Source of the DNA: the human T2T-CHM13v2.0 reference genome, Homo sapiens
Reading direction: 5' to 3' (one strand)
DNA length: 64,000 bases
Assembly (NCBI RefSeq): GCF_009914755.1
Contig: NC_060927.1
Positions 40,921 to 56,675 of the stretch are shown piece after piece. The notes beneath the pieces were generated by a model. That model did not search any database, was not told the DNA's origin, and worked only from the letters and a program-made list of their open reading frames with translations. Both the position numbers and the translations under genes were made by a program. Every line of letters starts with the position of its first letter. Position 1 is the first letter of the stretch.

Positions 40921-42779
40921 GTAACATACTCTGCTGTCACTATATCATAATATCTGTTGAGAGGGAAGGGGTAAGGGTTTCTAGACTTTATGTAGACTGT
41001 GTGGCAATCCTTTGCCCTCTCGGAGACCTTTTAACATTTCAAACCTATTTTACTTGTTTCCCTAGCTTTGTTTCATTAGGTTGAGACTGTCTGTATCATT
41101 GAGACCAGCTCTCATCTGCAGGTAAACAAACTGAGGGTCTCTCAGGGCTTCATTCTACTCTGCCAGCATGAGTTCATTATCATAATGTTTTTCATTCATG
41201 TTGGACACATTTCATAGGAGTTAGATCCATTGATTTCACTGGAAAATAATCATTCATATTATTGATTTTGTAGCTCACAGGTTCTGACCATTATCCTTGG
41301 GAAAATATACAGCATTGATAGTTACCTGTCAACCAAAGAACATGGAGGTTTTACTCTATCAAATACTGACTAACTCATCTTAAAATAATTGCCAATATTA
41401 GCACTCCTTCAGGTAGAAACTCTTAGAAACTAATTTGAAAGAAAAATGAGTAATGGGATCTTTTTGCATAAATAAAAATTGCTCTGTGTGTTGCCATCTC
41501 AGTGAAATGTAGCAATTTACAGCTTTGTTTTTAAGAAAGATCACAGAAAGCAATGAGCAAGAAATTGTTTCCAAAAATGGTCAGTTAGCATTGTTCCCAC
41601 TTTGATTTTCCATGGTAATGAGTAACATAACTTTTAATCAAAGATTTGCTAGCCAGTCATATTGACAAACACATCCTGAGTTCAATTCTTCAAAACAGAA
41701 TATAGGCTGCTCTATATGCAAACGAGGGAGAGAAGGCAATATGAACAAGATCAAAATACAAAAAGAAAGAGAGATAACCAAATTCTGCAATAAAGGTGAT
41801 GAATTTATGGTATAAATCTCTTTGATTTGAGGGCCTATTGAGCAGGAAGCAGGATTCTGTGGGAAAACAAGACGGGTAGTGTATGCATTATATGCTTTAG
41901 AATGTGGTGAGAAAAAACTACATAGGGACATTAGCCTATTCAGCCATCCCTGCCACCTCTGGTCCCCTGAGAATTCTAACTGCCTTTGCCAAGTGATTTA
42001 GACTTTCAATAATGTCTCTCCATGAACAATGGGAAAATGCAACACAGTGGTCAGCTCGTTTCTGGCAAACCAATGTAAAACTGTTAATGACACAGTACAC
42101 CAATGACAAGGCTTTGATAATTACATAAAGCCGAGGTCTCCTGTTACACTTTGACTGAAGAACTGCAAAAATAAAGCCACTATGAAAATGACCAAATAAA
42201 ACATGTTGAAAATGAGGCAGGCGACTTCTCTCCTAGACGACATTAAAAAGCATGAAGAGAAGTTACTGGGATCAATTGACCATAGATTGTCCTAGTGTTG
42301 GGCCCTGATAGACAGCTTTGATGTTGAATGGGAAGAAGGGAAAGGAATATGGGTGGTATGACCAGGTCAAGAGCATAGACAAAATCATTCCCCATTTTAG
42401 GGCAAACTGTTTAGAGATGAGGGGAGAAGAAAGAATGAAAACAGTTGAACAAATAACTCTCCAGAAATTTCTTCCTCTTTTCAGAATTCTGGTATTGCTT
42501 TCTCTTCTTAACCATATTAGTCTCCTATACCCATGTATCTACTCATTTCAGTACATAGTCTGGCCTAAAAGAGAAGTTTGCATTGGCTTTCAGCTATGGG
42601 AGTTTGGTTTATACACATTGTTCATACAGAGAGTATGAAACGAGAGAAATATAGGATGAAGAAATATGAGAGTATGCACAATAATAAACATAATAACACA
42701 TTGCGGTGTCACTGAAGGTATAGGGTTAACAGGTGCAGAGAGACAGAATGACGTTTAGCCAAAGTGCACCTGCTATGGA

Positions 42780-42980
42780 GTCTCACTACCCTAACTTGAA
42801 TACTGGATTCATCATTATATGTAAGTTTGATTGGTAACAAGTTCTTTATGTTCTTTGAGCCTCAACCTTCTTGTCTGTAAAATGGTGATAACAATCATGT
42901 TTTGCAAAGATTAAACGAGATATGTAAAGCTTTCTTAAAGTGCTTGTACTTTTTAGGCTCTCCATCAATGGTAACTGCCA
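42780..42980 (+). mobile_element. MIR
   Basis: CTTTGAGCCTCAACCTTCTTGTCTGTAAAATGG...GATTAAACGAGATATGTAAAGC. Confidence 0.8.
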
Positions 42981-42981
42981 T

Positions 42982-43031
42982 TAGTAGTAGTGGCAGTAGT
43001 AGTAATAGTAGCAGCAGCAGTAGCAGCAGTT
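42982..43031. repeat. Imperfect (AGT/AGC)n trinucleotide repeat at the MIR tail
   Basis: TAGTAGTAGTGGCAGTAGTAGTAATAGTAGCAGCAGCAGTAGCAGCAGT. Confidence 0.85.
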
Positions 43032-43101
43032 GAAGGAGGAGGAAAAGGTAGAAACATTTTCTTGCAGGATGTAGTAAGCTACTTTCATGTTGCATTTTTA
43101 G

Positions 43102-43300
43102 GATCCAGAATTAAAAGTGGAACAACCCAGCCAAAAATACATAGGAAGATGACAAATTACAAGGTTGAGCTTAAGGGCTGCCAAATTGCCTTGCCTCTAG
43201 GAAACGACAGCAACATAAAAGACTATATCCTGCAGCAGCCAGTAGACTGGGAAAGCCAGAACCATCAGTGCCTTCTGCCACAGGCCAGCCAATCCACCAG
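43102..43300 (+). other. Candidate exon (probably non-coding transcript)
   Basis: Acceptor TTGCATTTTTAG|G and donor CAG|GTACCA; unique sequence, GC-richer than flanks, one open frame; no transcript evidence. Confidence 0.35.
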
Positions 43301-43810
43301 GTACCAGAAGCATGTTCCTCTGCAACCACTGTGTCATAAATAACAGGAACAAGGAGTATAATTTTGATGTCAGATTGGACCACAAACACACATAATGTAT
43401 ACAAATTAAAAATGTTAATTTAATACTGTTATCTGTCATCCAACAAAATGAATCCAGCAAAAATGCTGGATTGTTTCTATATAATCCAATGGTTGATTTT
43501 TCAAATACTATTACTCTCTTTTCTATCACTAACAGAGGAATTTATTTTGCTGATTTTTTTTAGACTTCACAGTCTTTGATATTTTCTTTTTTTCTTTAAC
43601 AAATGTTCATACCACTTTTGATGTCCTCTGCCACATTGCATGTACAGAATTTTTGTTTTACTTCTGCAATGAGCTAAAAATATACTCATCAGCAAAATAT
43701 ACGTAGCTTTAACTTCATGTATCTGTTTTATCCTGAGGAATACAAAAATTGTTGAAAATAAATAAGATGCTTTCATACTAAGGTGAAATTTATCTGTTTC
43801 CTTTTCAAAG

Positions 43811-43855
43811 AAATACGTGTGACATCCATCTTTTGGAGAAAAGTAAAGCAGAAAG
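43811..43855 (+). other. Candidate 45-bp exon
   Basis: Acceptor TCTGTTTCCTTTTCAAAG| and near-consensus donor AAG|GTAAGA. Confidence 0.35.
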
Positions 43856-44394
43856 GTAAGATAAAATGGCCCTTGCTGGCTTATTTATTCACGGAACGTA
43901 TGGGGATGGAGTCACATAAACTAGCACCTTAACAGTCTGTATTGTTGCATAAGAGGCAAACTTAGAATCCAAGGTAGTAGGAGAAAAAGTAAGAGGATGG
44001 GGATAGATTTTAACCTGTCCTTGAAAAATAAGTTCTCTATCTCAAGAGTGACGCATTTATCTCCATTTAAAAGGTGAAGGGTGAGTCTGAGTATGTGACC
44101 TTGGGAGACATGCTGAATAATTTTTAATGTCCACAGTATATGGCATATCAACAATAATAGCTTCATTTGAATTACCAAGAAAAAAATAGCAGCTGAATCC
44201 ATATATCAAAGAATGACTCATTCTGGATTTTCTTACTATATTTTCCATTAAACACCCTCAGCTTCATGTAATCAAACTCTCTCCATCACATGGGGATGCT
44301 TTTTTAGGACACTTTCCCGAAAAATAGATACCTCCTCTCTGAACCTCCAGTTTTGGGGAAATAATTATGTTGTATTTTGTATAGCTCATATATT

Positions 44395-45231
<837 letters not shown>

Positions 45232-45269
45232 CTATTCCAGATGTTAAGCCCAGTGTTTCTCTCAGTTAA

Positions 45270-45830
45270 ACTTCACCCAATACTGCTTATTATTCTCCCT
45301 GGAACCACATGGAAGAGGTCTAATTCATCTTCCACAAGGCACTCTGGAATAGGTAAAGACATCTCCCATGTTTCCTTAGCCTCCAAGTATATCAGGTATT
45401 TTAATCACTTTGTGGATCATGCAGTTTTGCATCTTTTCTCTGTCCAGAAATAAATAACTACAACAAAAACAATACGTAAAATTTATTGAGCAATGTGCTA
45501 GATTGAGTAAATGTAGACATACAGTTACTCATTTGCAAGATTTTCACATTGAACTATCACAAAACCACAATGGATTTTGTGCTCCTATTGTCTGCATTGT
45601 ATAAATGCAAGCCCTGTGAGATTCAGAGGGTCAATGTCGCTCACCCAAGATTACAAAGACAGAAGAAATCAGAGGTGCAACTTGAGCTCAGGTCTGCCTT
45701 ACTATAGAAGTTGCTCATTTAACCATATGCTATACTAAGGGATATATCCTATTTTGACAGTGCTTCTCTAAAATTATAGTTCCTAGCACTCAATGTCATG
45801 TCTCAGACATTTTCTCTGCAATGTATGAAA
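45270..45830 (-). mobile_element. L3/CR1 fragments interrupted by a MIR (~45475-45735, minus)
   Basis: GTCTAATTCATCTTCCACA and CTCTAAAATTATAGTTCCTAGCAC are L3-like; ATTTATTGAGCA...CTCACCCAAGATTACA...AGGTCTGCCT is MIR. Confidence 0.55.
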
Positions 45831-47496
45831 CAATTTTGTCCTAGAAATAGGTCAACAAACCACTGAATTTTGAACAGCAGAAACATAGAAATAGAGACTT
45901 GGTCTGCTCAAAAACAGTTCTGCTAGGAGAAATAATATTATACTTCTCTATAAAACCAAGGGTTCATGGAGTGGGCAAGGAGAAAAAATATATATATCTC
46001 TAAACAGTTCAGCATTTACATTAACTATGTTGAAGCATAATTATCCTTTTTAACAACAATCTTATGCAAATTATTTCAGTCACAACATTTTTAATGCTGA
46101 ATTTGGCTAACATATACAAGCCTATATACAGAACTTTATCAAAGAGTCAAATTCAAAATAAATATTAGATCTTAAAATGTTACTAGCATAATTAATTTTT
46201 GCCAAAACTCACCTGCACTTAGAAGCAATTCATCTTAACTAGCTCTACTCAGTTTCTTAAGAGCAGAAATAAAACATGTGGGTATTTTTTTTAATAACTC
46301 TTACTCCCTAGTAAGACAAAACACATTTGTTTTATTCTTATGCCTGAAATATCTCGTGTAGATTCTTAAGACTGTAACAAACCTGGAAATTAGGAGGGAG
46401 ATTTGCCTTCTGATCCTCTTTCCTTAGCAGAAAGAGAATTGTGGGAAATATTTTTGCCAATAATTTATTTTCTTTGATGTATAAAAAAAAATGGAGGCAG
46501 TAAGGGGGTGGTCCTAACCCTCAGTATATATAATTTGGCTCTAGGCATGTAGAAATCAAAAGGGAGCATAAATGTGGTCTCTGACATCGAAGCTCTATAT
46601 CATGAAAGGACACAAATTTAAAGCCAGTGATGATATAATTCAGTGAAAGAAGCACACAGCTTCCAAAAATCAGTTCAAGTCTTTCCTCTTGTAACATTTG
46701 AATAAATACTCTGCATTTCATTCAGTGGTTTATTTAAACATAGTTATTGAGTACCTGCTGTGTGCCAGGTACTATGCTAGGTATACCGAGGATTTAAATG
46801 AATTGTTTTTTAGGGATACAATTTTTCTCTCATTATGAAAAGCACAGTCTAGTAAGTTGAAGAAAACAAGTAAAATATATCTTATTACATAGTAGATGGT
46901 ATTAAGTGTTAAGAAAAAAACAAAAAACAGGAAATACGGGAAGGAAGTATAGATTGAAGGAATCAGTTTTTGAAAGGGTGACCTGGAAAAGCCTTCCTGA
47001 AAAGAAAGCATTTGAGCAAAGACCTAAAGGAGCTGAGGGGTTATACCATGTGAATAACTGGGGAGAAAGAATAGTAAGTAGAAATGCCACTGAGTGGGTG
47101 TGTGCCTGAGGTCTTCAAAGAAAAGCAAAAAGACAAGTGTGGCTGGAACAAAGAATGAGATCCGAAAGGAAGCGGTTAGGTTGATGGGTTGGATCACGTA
47201 AGACTTTGTAGATATTTGCAAGGACTTTGGCTTTTAGCCTATGTAAGATAAAATTCACTGGAATATTCTGATTAGGGAATGAACTTTATGACTTATATAT
47301 TAACAATATCACCATAGCTGAATGGGAGAACAGGGTGGGATCAGGGGCTGCCATAATCTAGGGAAGAAACCATGATGGCATAAATCAAGTTGACAGTGGT
47401 GGAAGTGGTGAGAGTTTTTGACTTAAGTGTAGATTTAAGGTTAGAGCCCATGTGATTTTTTTTATGCATTTGGAGATGAAGCATGAGATAAAATAA

Positions 47497-47890
<394 letters not shown>

Positions 47891-49159
47891 CTATGTAAAT
47901 GAGGAAGGCAATAGGTGGCACAGATGTTGGATGGGACAAGCATGAGCTCAACTTTGGGAGACGTTAATTTTGAGATGCCCATTACACATCTAAGTTGACA
48001 TATCAGGTAGGCATTGAGATATATGAGTCACAAGTTCAAGGGAAAGGGTCCAGACTTAAGATACACATTTGGCATTGTCACTTTGTGTAAAGAGTTGGTA
48101 TTAAAAGCCATGCAGTAGGGTATCTTCCTGCCGAAGTGTGTTATTTAGCTCCAAGGCTCTGTTTTTGATGTTGAGGAGGAACCAGCAACGAAGGCAGAGG
48201 AGAATCAGCCAAAGAATTAGGAGGAAGTAAAGGATGTTTTACATACAGGGTAGTGTAATCAACTGTCTCAAATGCTAAACTGACATAAAAACATTCCATG
48301 GGATTTATCCATGCGACATGCATTGGTGAACAGGACAAGAAGCATTTTGATTAAGTGGTGGGAGCAAAGGTCAATTGCAATGGGTTTAAGAGAGAATGGA
48401 TAGGCAGGAATGGAAGCAATTTTTTTTTGTCAAAAGTTTCCTTAAAAAGAGGGAGTAAAGAAATGAGGCAGCCACGGAGGGTAAAAGAAGGCCAGATGTT
48501 TTCTTTATAAGTTTACTTTTTAAAAAGAAGTTATTTTTAAAGTCTGTAGCAATAAAAGCATATGTGTCCTCAAATAAAAAAATGACATTTGAAGATATAG
48601 GAGAGAATGGTAAGATTTTCTGTCAACATAACTTAAGTAAGCAAGAGGGTTTAGAAACTAATGTCAAGTGGATTAGCCTTGGCTAGGAGCAGGGACAGCT
48701 CATCCACTATAAAAGGAAAGGAAGCATAATATATAGACACCGCTGTTGGTAAAGTTGCAGATGTGGAGTGGAGACTGTGGAAGTTCCCTCTGATGGTTTT
48801 TATTTTCTCATTGTTAAAGAACAAGGTAATTAGATGGAGGTTGAAGACGGAGGATGAGGTGACAAAAGGTAAATGAGAGAGGGTAGAAATTATGATACAA
48901 AAGAGTGTAAGCATGGATGGAGTCAGGAAATGTGCTATAATTATCAGTCTTGAAGACTCATTTAAGGTTAATAATCATGAACTTAAAGTGATAAGATTTA
49001 GGATGGTTCTGTGTTTTCTGGTTATGTTCAGCTGTAAGATGTAAGTGGGAGTAAATGGCAGATTGGATTTATTATGTGTGGTAAAGTGGGAAAAGCCAAG
49101 AAAGTTGAGGATGCATGTAATAGAATGTTATAAAAATTCACCATGGGTTTTATTCCAAG

Positions 49160-49375
49160 TAATAGGCTCTCAGTGTGGGTCTAATTTTCATTGCAGTGGT
49201 CATTTGGTAATGTCTGGAGACATCCTTGGTTGTCACAACTGGGTGGGCGTGGTACTGATATTTAATGGGTAGCTTTTGGGGATACTGCTTAAACATCTTA
49301 TAACACACAAGTCAGTCCCTACAACAAAGAAATGCCCAATCCACATGTAAGTGTTGCAAGGATGAGAAACCTTGA
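49160..49375. mobile_element. MER20
   Basis: CATTTGGTAATGTCTGGAGACAT..TTGGTTGTCACAACTGGG...GAGAAACCTTG. Confidence 0.88.
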
Positions 49376-49872
49376 GCAAAGAAAAAGGAAATGAGGATAT
49401 CAGGAGAAGGACAAATGAAGTAGATCCTGGTGAGACAGAAGAACTGCTGGACTTGGGTTAGTAAAACGAGTAAACTGCAAGTAGAATAGTTTTGTAGCCA
49501 AAGAATAGAATACTTGAAATTGAGTTTATATAGAAAATGTACATATTGGTGATGACAATATCACCAAGTGACTAAAGTAGGGTGGAAGACAATATGATTA
49601 AAATAGAGAACAACAAGGAAATAAGAAGCAAGGGTAGAGGAGGGACCACTTTTGTGGATATTGACTTCATGGAGAATAATAACAGAGAAAGCGTGGGAGA
49701 CATTGACGGTGAGTCAGCGGTGAAATCTTGAGGAAATAAGGAAATAACCCAGGAACTTCCAGATGACTGACAAGGGTGGTTGAATTAGAAGGTAACATAT
49801 TAAAAGCTGGAAAGTTTAGAGAGAAAAATTACATGGAAGTAGCAGTGAAGAACAAGAAGATCATCAATTCTA

Positions 49873-49967
49873 CTTTTATTTTTGTAGAGATGAAGTCTTG
49901 CTTTATTGGCCAAGCTGTTCGCAAATCCTGTCTTTAAGCGATCCTCCCCACTCGGCAACCACACTTT
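49873..49967 (-). mobile_element. FLAM/AluJ left-monomer fragment
   Basis: TTTTTGTAGAGATGAAGTCTTGCT...AAGCGATCCTCCC. Confidence 0.75.
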
Positions 49968-50945
49968 TAAGCTTAAGAATAATGGGTGCAGAAAGAATAT
50001 AGCCACTATTATCATAAGGCTTCAGGGGAAAAGGGATTCTGGGGAATGGGGGACCAGGAAGTTTGAGTAAAGGAGTGAAAAGCAAACATTATGAAAGACA
50101 ATATAGAGGATTTTACTAACGATTGACTGTAAGGTTTCAGAAGTTAGGAATATAAAGATAGGGTCAAAAGTGGAATGTGCAACGCAGTGTGGAGAGGAAA
50201 GGACATGAAGGATGATTTGGGAGTGCTGGATTTCTTTTTGTGACTTATATAATAAAGAGGGGAAAATTGTAGATAGTTACACTTATTTCAAAGCAGAAAA
50301 TGGGGGAGGGGTTAAAATGGGAAAGTGTAAGAAATTTGCCAAGATTTGCAGAGTTCTGAGCTCCCTCTTGACCTCTTGATAAGAGATGTGGAGTCTTATC
50401 CCTGCCAGTTCACATGCTGTTGACACAGCACCATATTAGAAACTGTCGATTTTCTGGATTAGGAAATAATTTACTCTAGTAACCCTTGCTCTTTGAGCTG
50501 AAAGAAATTTGTGAATTTTAATGGCTGGGATTTCAACAATAGAGTGGCTTAGTTATTCTGAAAGATATTTCTTCTTCAAAAACATTAAATCCTTAATAAA
50601 AGAGTCTCTTTAATCATTTCTGGGTTCACAATATGTAAGAACGGTATGCTGAAACCAAAGTGAAAAATTGTGAGCAGCAAGCAAATAGCAAGCTTGAGAT
50701 GGAAACAAGGAAAATGGTAATATCAAGAGTGCAAACTATCGGGAGAACAAAACTCAGACAAGCATCAAGGTGAAGGTGAAAGTGAAACGGCTATGGAAGT
50801 TCAGGAGATAATTAAGGTATTCGATTAACATTTTAATTAAGAAGCATGGTAAAGATTGTGATGGTAACTACTAAAATAATACACCCGTCTGGGACGCTGG
50901 GCCCATGGTCACAAGGCCTCAGCCTTGGGGCCTCGCCCTGCTCTA

Positions 50946-51320
<375 letters not shown>

Positions 51321-51351
51321 TTAATAAATCAAAACCAATGAATATCTAATG

Positions 51352-51888
51352 GGGTATATTCCCCATGTCTTTTATTTTCTGTAATTTGATGCTTTGACAT
51401 CTGAGGCTTTTCTACCCCTGAAGGGACTGCCCCTTCCAGTGTTAGCCAATCCCCAGAGACAGTAAATAATTCACCCATGAATGTGCTCTTCAAATGCAAA
51501 CCAACCAGTCTAGAATCTAAAACCCAACCACCTCCTTTATTGGGCTTCCACATTATGGGTCACCATCCACCTGCCATAATCACCCAAGGATCAGACAATT
51601 AGCTAGAGCCCCTAAGCCCACTGAAATTATTCAGAATAGCCAGTCTTAAACTCAATTAACCTGCCTCACCTGTTCCTTCTTATGGACACCACATTAAAGG
51701 CTCTTGCCAACAATTTTCCCTCTCTGCCTCTTCACCAATCCTAGTACATCCCTGCTTGGCCTCTCATGGCACAGCACAGCCCTTCCTCTTGGGATCTGAG
51801 TAACAAACTATCTTTTCAATAGCAGTCATCTCTCCTGATCTCTTGGGTTAACCATACATAAGTAATGGTAAGACCTACATTTTAAAAC
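51352..51888 (+). mobile_element. MER74A-like solo LTR (ERVL)
   Basis: CCATGTCTTTTATTTTCTGTAATTTGATGCTTTGACATCT...AGGGACTGCCCCT.CCAG..TTAGCCAAT. Confidence 0.8.
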
Positions 51889-51983
51889 AAAAGGAAATAA
51901 TAAAAATAAAAAAGCAAAAAAAATCAGACTCTAGAAACAAATCCAGATACATTCACAATCATAATAAATGAATAAATCTTCTA

Positions 51984-52338
<355 letters not shown>

Positions 52339-52629
52339 TCAGGTATGTATCAATATAAGACTAAAAGTTAAGAGAGAAATTTTACAGGATTATAGAAAGT
52401 TAATAGTTAACTAGAAAAACAACTAAACATCTATGCCCCTAGTAAGATAGCTTCAAAATATAAAAAGACTTAATAAATGTTTTATATATATATATATATA
52501 TACACATACATATAAATACACACACATATACACAAACACACAGATATATGTCTGTATATATAATTTTTTTGGAATATGCCTGTAAAGCCCAGATAATAAT
52601 TGTTATTGTCAGAGGATACTGTATACTAC

Positions 52630-52760
52630 CTCACTACTTCCAAGTGTAGTTCACAGAGCAGGAACATTAGCATCACCTATGAGCTTGCTAGAACTATAGA
52701 TTTCACACTTGCCCTAGATTTCCTGAATCAGATTATATGCACATAAATACTTGGGAAGCA
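52630..52760. mobile_element. MER5A fragment
   Basis: CAAGTGTAGT...AGCATCACCT..GAGCTTGCTAGAA...CTGAATCAGA. Confidence 0.75.
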
Positions 52761-53164
52761 ATTATCTGTCACATGCTATTTTTTAAAATTATTTTTCTTC
52801 CTCTGAGTAACTGTTTTTTTTTCACTTTATTTTTACCTGTAAAATCTTATGTAAGACTTCTGATTTTCCCTCCCACATGTAAAGAGTTTGGAAGTTATCA
52901 CTTCACCCTAACAAATAAAAAGCTGAACTAACTAAAACTCAACAACTCTTTTTACATCAAGCAGAGAACTGTGATCTCTGAGGAGCATCTCTGGAAGGGC
53001 AAACCACTGCCTCTCCCCATAGCTGGAGGAGCAGACAGGCAGACTCAGGTACTCACAACTTATCAGAGTGGAGACCCATGAACAAAAACTTTTGCAAGAG
53101 CTAGTAACATGACAGGAAAATCTGAACTGCAACTGACAAACTGCTGGAGGTTCAGTGTGGATAC

Positions 53165-54615
53165 AAAATTGTTATCTAATATATACAAGAAGTCTTAAAA
53201 CTTAGCCATAAGGAAAAGAACAATGCTGCTGTAGTCTGAGTGCTTGTGTGGCCCCCACTCCCATCCCCCTAAATACATATGTTGAAAAACTAATCACCAA
53301 TGTGATAATAGGAGGTGAAATCTTCGGGGGGTGATTAAGTCATGTGGGCAGAGACTACATGACTAGATTGGTACCCTCAAAAAAGAGACCACAGAGAGCT
53401 ACCCAGTCTCGTCCACAATGTGAAACAGTGAGAAGCTGCAGGCCAGGAAGTGGGCCCTCACCAAACACCAAATCTGCTATACCCTTAATGTTGAACTTCC
53501 CAACCTTAAAAATGGTGAGAAATAAATTTCTGTCGTTTATAAGTCACCCAGTCTACGGTATTTTGTTACAGCAGCCCAAATGGACAAACCTCACTTTAAA
53601 ACAGGCAAAAGACCCAGACAACTTACTAAAGAAAATACATAGATAGCAAAGAAGCATCTAAAAAGATACTCAACATTATATGTCATCAGAGAATTGCAAA
53701 TTAAAACAACAATGAAATAACACTACACAGCTATTAGAATGGCCAAAATCCAAAACACTGACAACACTAACTGCTGGTAAGGATATGGAGCAACAGCAAT
53801 TCTCATTCATTGCTGGTGAAAATGCAAAAAGGTACTGCCACTTTGAAGGTAGTTTGGCAGTTTCTTACAGAAATAAACATACTCTTACTATATAATCCAG
53901 TAATGGCACTCCTTGGTATTTACCCAAATGAGATGAAAACTTACATTCACACACAAGCCTACACATGAATGTTTACAGGAGGTGTATACAGAATTGACAA
54001 AACTTGGAAGCAACCAAGATGTCCTTTGGTAGGTGAGTGGAAAAATAAACTTGGTATATCCAGACAAGGGAATATCATACAGTGCTAAAAAATAAATAAA
54101 CTATCAAGCTATGAAAAGACATGGAGAAACCTTGGATGCATATTGCTAAGTAATGGAAGTTAATGTAAAAAGGCTACATACTATATGATTCCAACTGTAT
54201 GCCAGTCTGGAAAAGACAAAACTATGAAGATAGTAAAAAGGTCAGCTGCTGCCAGGAGTTAGAGGGAAGCAGGAATGAATATGGAAGAACACAGAGTATT
54301 TTTAGTGAAGTGAAAATACACTGTTTGAAACTATAATGGTGGATACATGTCAAAAGCCATAGATTTTTTTTAACTCATAGATTTTATAACACTGAGAGTG
54401 AAAACTTAATGTGAACTATGGACTTTGGGTGAGAATGATGTGTCAATGTAGTTTCATTGATTGTAACAAATGAACCAACCACTCCAGTGTAGGATGATGA
54501 TATGGAAGAGGCTGTGTGTGGGAGGGAGGGGACAGACAGTACATGGGAACACCTTATACTTTTCATGCAATCTTGCTGTGAACTTAAAACTCCTCTAAAA
54601 AATAAAGTCTATTTA
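53165..54615 (+). mobile_element. L1MC-type ORF2 end/3'UTR, interrupted by MLT1A
   Basis: GAATTGCAAATTAAAACAACAATGA...CTTGGTATTTACCCAAATGAG...TGTGAACTTAAAACT.CTCTAAAAAATAAAG. Confidence 0.88.
53227..53589 (+). mobile_element. MLT1A-like solo LTR
   Basis: TGCTGTAGTCTGA...CATATGTTGAAA...GAGAAATAAATTTCTG...GTATTTTGTTACAGCAGCCCAAATGGAC. Confidence 0.85.
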
Positions 54616-56472
54616 AAAAGTCTTGTATAAGATTTAATCAACTATTATCTTTTAAAATGTATTTATAAATAAGTCAGTTAGGATGTATCAGTGTTAATTG
54701 TTCAAATAACAAAACTAAGAAATAGGAAAATAAAAGAGCCATGTATCTATTGGTTTTGGCATCTGAGCAAGAAAAATATTTTAACAATAAAGACAGTTAA
54801 CTTATATGTAAGTCTCATGTTTGCAGTTGATAAAGGTGATTTCACTTTAACCTTACTTCATTAACACTATATATGAGCTACAAAGATAATCGAATGTTGT
54901 TTGTTTATTTCAAGGTAAAGAAACTGAGGCTCAGTGACTTGCCCAAAATGCAAAGATAATAAATAGAAGAATTGAAAAATCTTTACAATATGTTCATTAC
55001 CTTTTTACTATACAAGATAGCAGATAGAAGACAAGCTCAAAAGCCTAAGATTGCAATTATTCCTAGGGTTCTTTTGACAGTAAGGGATGATTTGTATAAA
55101 ATAATTTTTTAAAAAAATGTTTAACAACTTTATATTTACTAGTGGGAATATTTAGTTACCAACGGTAACAGGTAATGTAAAATGATTATTTGGATGTTCT
55201 TGGTAGGAAAATAATAATCACATTATAAAATCAGGGCTGAATTTAATTTTGAAGTCTTAAAATGGAAGTTAAATGGTAGCACAAAGAGCATTCAACATTG
55301 AGCTAAGAGCTTACAAATTCACAGTCTGATTCATTAATTCACAGCCTGGCATTCATCATATGCCTCAGTTTCCACTCTGTAAAATGACAAGATTGAGAGT
55401 AAATGATCCCAAGGTTTCCCTCTAGCTCTAAAAATTCTCTATTCTGCACACATATGGCACTATATTTTAAAGCACATACGCCTCCTGTGAAGTGAAATAA
55501 AGTGAATAAGCACACGGAAATGGTACGGTGATTAAATTTACTCAGAGCTAAAAATCATTGCATATTAGCCTTACATATGAAAAAAAAACTTGACTAATGA
55601 ATCAAACTTGAAGGATCTGTCAGTGTGCAGTTGTTTGACACAGAACAAGGACTGTGAAACTGCTGATTTTATCCCAGTGATTCTTGTATGGGTCACACAC
55701 AGCAAAAAGAGGGGTCAGTAAGTTTCACATTCATATATATAAGCTTGTAAAAGGAAAGAAAAAGGAGTTTCTTTTGACATTGCAATAAACTATATGAGTC
55801 TTAATGAACATTACTGCTAAGGCACCCAAGCAAATTAGCGTTTCCCCACATGCCTTAGCTTGCAAGAAATTAAATTTGGCCTAAATAAATTAAAGCAGTG
55901 GACCTGACACATCTGATCATTTCTACCTCTCAATTATTTTTCCTTTGGTCAGGTTTTCTTGGAAGAAATTATTCATTTTGAAATGTTGATATTCTGGTTG
56001 GATCTATCTCTGTGCTGTATTTTTGCAGCTGGAGAAGCTATGGACTGTGGATTTCAAGTGTGACACTCACTAAGAAACCCAAGGAGTCAAGAACACTATT
56101 GCATTCGTGGGGATAATTTCAGAATCAGGTTTATCCGGAACCTGGATATTCATACCACTACTAAGAAGTGTTGCAATTCTTTTAGGTATGATGAGAAGGC
56201 TTTTAATTATAATGGAATCCAGGAGTCAGTGGAAAACTAAAGGCATTTGCGGAAGCTGTCCAAAGATAATACACCACAAAGTAATGATATGTAACAATAA
56301 TCAGATTAAAATTAAAAGTAAAATCATATATATAAATGAAATATTAATTATGCCCTGCATGATACTTAGCAAAACCAATGTCAATGTTTATGATTACGGT
56401 GAACATTTGTCAACACTCTACAGAAACTTCCCAGCCAAATGAGTGAACATATGCAAAATAAAATGGCATAAA

Positions 56473-56675
56473 CCAGCATTTCTCAATCTTGGCACTATTG
56501 ACACTTTGGGCCAGATACTGTTTTGTGCGATGCTGGATGTTCAGCAGCATCCCTGGCCCCTAGCCATTACATGAAAATAGCACCACTACCTCTAAGTCGT
56601 GAAAACCAAAACTATCTACAGACATTGGCAAATGTCTTGAAGAGGGCAAAATCGCCCCTAGGTGGGAACCACTGG
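56473..56675. mobile_element. MER20
   Basis: TTTCTCAATCTTGGCACTATTGACA..TTGGGCCAGATA...CAGACATTGGCAAATGTC...GAACCACTG. Confidence 0.88.

Noticed and set aside
42895-43095. Poly-Leu signal-peptide-like or poly-Ala ORFs
   Set aside because: Produced by the AGT/AGC microsatellite at a MIR tail
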